A stretch of DNA of 63,923 nucleotides, filler included, from Octopus bimaculoides (taxonomy: Eukaryota): NCBI RefSeq assembly GCF_001194135.2. It is 4 parts of 4 records of this genome, joined end to end, with 100 filler letters (N's around TTAATTAATTAA, not from the genome) between each part and the next. Parts side by side here need not be neighbours in the genome. Positions count along the whole stretch, not along the records: positions 57,312 to 63,923 come from NC_068987.1; 3 more parts are not named here. One strand, written 5' to 3'. Of this stretch, positions 60,031 to 63,923 are shown piece after piece. Below the pieces are notes generated by a model. That model did no database searches, had not been told where the DNA came from, and saw only the letters and a list, made by a program, of their open reading frames with translations. Position 1 is the stretch's first letter; the number at the start of each line of letters is the position of its first letter. A program made the translations under genes and the position numbers.

Positions 60031-60784
60031 CAAGATTTGTAAGAGCAGAGAACAGTTTGGAATGTTGTGAGTTTGAAATATCTTATAATGACATGAGATA
60101 TACGACTGAAGCAATTATTATTATCGTAATATTATATATATCCGTATGTACTTGTATGCGTTTGCATGCGTGTGAGAAGGCATAATTGAGCACGCGTTTG
60201 TAATCCAGTATCTGGAATTCTGAATGATACTAATAACTGCATGGTGCAGGTTGATGCGGTGGTATTCCCCAGTTATAGTAATAGCGACAAAGTAATGCCA
60301 CGGCTGGACAAATAAATTGGATTGTCGAGTTGAAGATATCTTGCTAATACAAAATGGAAAGGGGGTAGAAAAGAAATTGCCTAAAATATGAGAAACGTAA
60401 AAAATTGTCAGAGACACAATGATATCAATGTGCAGTACTGCCAGTGCTAATTAGGACGCTGTGGGTTCATAGCTAATGTTTTATTCGGCATAATGTTCTA
60501 CTCGGTTACTACTGATAAAGGTTAATTTTCAACGAAATGAAGAGAGAAACAAAGAATGCTTCATCAGAAATGTGGCAAAAGGCATGCGAGGGAATGACCA
60601 AAGCTGAGAGCAAAGATTAAATTCTCTGCAAAGCGTAAATAAATAATCGTTGCGAGTTTGATGTAGTAATTACATCGTTAGAAAGAAGCAACAATCGTGC
60701 AGAAATTGAACTGAAAGAACGAAAATGTTCACAGACAGTATCACTTGACCCACCCCACAAAATAAGGCGATCAAAGGTCCTTCC

Positions 60785-61020
60785 TCAGCCATAGGCTCAT
60801 AACGCCAGTTTGCCCGATTCCGGGACGATCGACATTCTTCTACCTCTGGATGGGATGCCGTTTTGTCGCAGAATTACTCCTTTTTTGGCTACCAGAGTGA
60901 ACTGGAGCAGCGTGAAATAAAGTGCTTTGCACGAAACCCAACGCATCGCCCGCTCCAGGAATCATAACCACAATTTTATGATCATGAGTGAAACACCCTA
61001 ACCACTTATCCACGCGCCTC
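60785..61020 (-). mobile_element. tRNA-derived SINE (CORE-like)
   Basis: Minus strand ggcgcgtggataagtggttagggtg (A box)...gcaaagcactttatttcacgctgctccagttcactc...ggcatcccatccagagg. Confidence 0.6.
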
Positions 61021-61068
61021 CACACAGTTAAAGTTGGTGAGGTGTTATCTGAAAATGTTGGAATCGTT

Positions 61069-61102
<34 letters not shown>

Positions 61103-61590
61103 NNNNNNNNNNNNNNNNNNNNNNNNNNNNNNNNNNNNNNNNNNNNNNNNNNNNNNNNNNNNNNNNNNNNNNNNNNNNNNNNNNNNNNNNNNNNNNNNNN
61201 NNNNNATATATATATATGAAAGTTATATAGTCCACTACGCCATTGAGTCACCGGAAAATACTCAAAGTATATACATTAGTATACGTATTTCGTATTTATC
61301 ATACTAGAGCTGCTTTTACATTATATGTGAATTTTCTCTTACGTATGCAATTTCCGGGCATACTAGCTCATGATTTTACAAGCCATGTGCATATAAGTCG
61401 CTGGACTGGCAAGCTGACTCGCCTTCAACCCAGGCGGGTAGGTGGTGTTGATAGGCCACAAAAATGGCGAAACATCGATGTCCATCACTCCCAAATGAGA
61501 TTGAGGGTGAGTTATCACGCCTGTCTACAGCTTAAAGGTATTTAACACCGGCGACATGAGAGCTATATATGCCCAAAGCATATACATTAG

Positions 61591-61633
<43 letters not shown>

Positions 61634-61835
61634 CTNNNNNNNNNNNNNNNNNNNNNNNNNNNNNNNNNNNNNNNNNNNNNNNNNNNNNNNNNNNNNNNNN
61701 NNNNNNNNNNNNNNNNNNNNNNNNNNNNNNNNNNNNNNNNNNNNNNNNNNNNNNNNNNNNNNNNNNNNNNNNNNNTGAGAGCTATATATGCCCAAAGCAT
61801 ATACATTAGTATATATATATATATATATACACACA

Positions 61836-62080
61836 CTAGCTGGGCCCCGTGCCGTCAAAAATGATGGCTAATTGTATTTTATATATAAATAAGGTACAAA
61901 ACCAAGATTTTGGTTTAATAATTCTTTTATTACTAAATTATTACTATCCGCAATTAACAACCTTTGACTGCTTGTTTCCTTCAAAAGAATTTTCAAGTTT
62001 TCCTCCCTTCTTGTCCGACTTAAGGCCACATAAAGCTGGCTGTGGCTAAATACGGGAGCTGGCAAGTAAATACCAAATAC
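61836..62080 (-). mobile_element. Helitron 3' end (Pif1-like helicase C-terminus, subterminal hairpin, CTAG)
   Basis: GIYLPAPVFSHSQLYVALSR is helicase motif VI. The hairpin gccgtc-aaaaat-gatggc (61851-61868) sits 11 nt from the terminal CTAG, which is followed by T (61836). Confidence 0.85.
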
Positions 62081-62494
62081 ACAGAGTTGAAACGCTGTTT
62101 GATTTTTCTTTTCAGTGTTGAATGTCCACCATCCCACTACCATTGCGCGCGCACACGCACACACACACAAATACACAAAGACACACACACACAAATACAC
62201 AAAGACACACACACACGCACACACACACATATCCCCCTTTTATACACACAGACATATATTCACACCGGCATATATTCACACAGAGTTGAAACGCTGTTTG
62301 ATTTATTTTTTCAGCGTATTTTCATCATCCCACTATCAAGTATGACATCACGCCTTCCTTCCTTATTCACTTATCACCCCTTCCTTTCTCATTCAAAAAC
62401 ACAAGAGTATTATTATAGTAGATTATCTCGGTAACCATGGGAGCTATGAAAAAATGCAAAGCCCAGCAACACCACCGGATCATTCTATACGTCT

Positions 62495-62787
62495 GTTACT
62501 GAGAGATCAATGAACACACCCATAACACAAAAGATTCTTTGAAAACTGTCATACTCAGAGTAATGTCTAAAATGAATCAAGACCACTTCATTCGATCAGG
62601 TAGATGATTTAGATCTCATATAGAAGCAGTTGTTGAAGCTGAAGGTGGCTTTATTGAATAAAATTATAGAAAAGAAGGTTTATTTTTATCCTCATATGAT
62701 TTTTTGATAAAGTTATTATCTGTTATTATATATCTGCTTTCTTTTTCTTTATAAACAAATCTGACCTCAAATATCTTATGTACCCTG
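62495..62787 (+). mobile_element. Tc1/mariner (maT-like) 3' fragment
   Basis: HNTKDSLKTVILRVMSKMNQD...FRSHIEAVVEAEGGFIE*; the terminus is gtaccctg-TA. Confidence 0.7.
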
Positions 62788-62933
62788 TATACATACATAC
62801 ACACATACATACATACATAATGCATACATGCATACATATATATATACCTTCACTGTCGTTTTTTCTGTTATTTTGGTGATGAATTTTTGAGTTAGCTTAC
62901 CAATTATTTTTGTTGGTAGTTAATTTATAATAT

Positions 62934-62964
<31 letters not shown>

Positions 62965-62997
62965 NNNNNNNNNNNNNNNNNNNNNNNNNNNNNNNNN

Positions 62998-63036
<39 letters not shown>

Positions 63037-63037
<1 letters not shown>

Positions 63038-63195
63038 CGACGATCTTCTTTTAGATTCTTCTGTCTACCAAATCAACTCACAAGGCTTTAGTTGGCCCAG
63101 GTTTGTAGTAGAAGACACTTAACCAAGGTGCCGTGCAGTGGAATTGACCCGAGAACCATGTGGTTAGTTGGGAAGGGAACTTCTTATCACAAACA
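63037..63195 (-). mobile_element. SINE family A, 5' half
   Basis: cgacgatcttct...ctgtctaccaaatcaactcacaaggc...gaagacacttaaccaaggtgccgtgcagtgg...gaaccatgtgg. Confidence 0.75.
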
Positions 63196-63879
63196 GAACG
63201 CACGCGCACGCACGCGCACGCACGCGCACACACACACACACACACATATGGTAAAATAATAAGATGCTGCACCCCATACATTTTAAATGTAGCGTATATA
63301 TTCATTATTTATTCAAGTTTGAGCCTTACAGCTGGTCCTGTGTTACAATGAGTTATCACATTATCTGAAGAGTTCTCGAGATAATATGATAACGCACGCG
63401 CATTTTGGACCAGCTGTTAGCTTAAAGTCTGAATTAAAGACACCGAGTGTGTGCTCATTACATGATGTCATGTCGGTCAATCGATTAAACGGAACGACAC
63501 TGCAATTTGGTAACGTAGTCTCTCTATTTACGTCGTACATATTAACAAATACTAGTAAACCTCGTGCAAAATTCCGTGATCATTTTAAAAACTATAATTT
63601 TGTTATGTACACTGGTGTCAAGCAATATGGATCCTTGCATTCTTTTGGACTGCACAATATGCAAGAAGAGGGTAGACTTGCTTGATGGTCAACTAATATG
63701 TCCTCTACAGCCGTACATGGATCGGAGTCTTGGAAAGGATACTCCATACGCGCTCCAATATGTCCCTGCTAACACATTTTGAACCAAACATTTCCATGAG
63801 CAAATGTATGGATGACGTATGTGTGTTCATATTTGTATATGTATATATACATACATATATATGTACATATTTGTGTGTA

Positions 63880-63923
<44 letters not shown>

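Noticed and set aside
61556-61836. Identical ~60-bp sequence on both sides of the gap (gagagctatatatgcccaaagcatatacattag)
   Set aside because: Most likely an unmerged contig overlap at a microsatellite rather than a real duplication.
63386-63782. 99-aa and 72-aa overlapping ORFs near the window end
   Set aside because: No motif was recognised. They could be TE-derived or chance, and cannot be supported without a database search.

Overview
AT-rich, microsatellite-dense, gapped eukaryotic DNA. The repeat families, simple-repeat load and C2H2 genes suggest an octopus (coleoid cephalopod) draft assembly; this is an inference. Only two host coding regions are supported, and they are convergent. 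One is the 3' end of a C2H2 zinc-finger gene on + (1-429). The other is a single-coding-exon, 9-finger C2H2 gene on - (20276-21262), preceded by a 5'-UTR intron. Nearly everything else is a diverse set of transposon remains: RTE LINEs (one family with a PHD finger inserted inside ORF2), RLE-type LINE pieces (HERO-like, R4-like), Penelope-like elements and a hammerhead-ribozyme relic, DD34D, DD37D and rosa-like mariners, a CMC/Chapaev3-like transposase, a Helitron end, piggyBac-, hAT- and Tc2-like MITEs, a 220-bp foldback element, at least three tRNA-derived SINE families and a tRNA-like ~335-bp satellite. CpG is visibly depleted up to about 50.5 kb and retained beyond it, with a CpG-rich promoter-like patch at about 54.1-54.5 kb. 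There is no CRISPR array, rRNA or intact tRNA. Most ORFs in the supplied track are artefacts of microsatellites or N-gaps. Family names come from recalled protein and DNA motifs, not database searches, and repeat boundaries are approximate.
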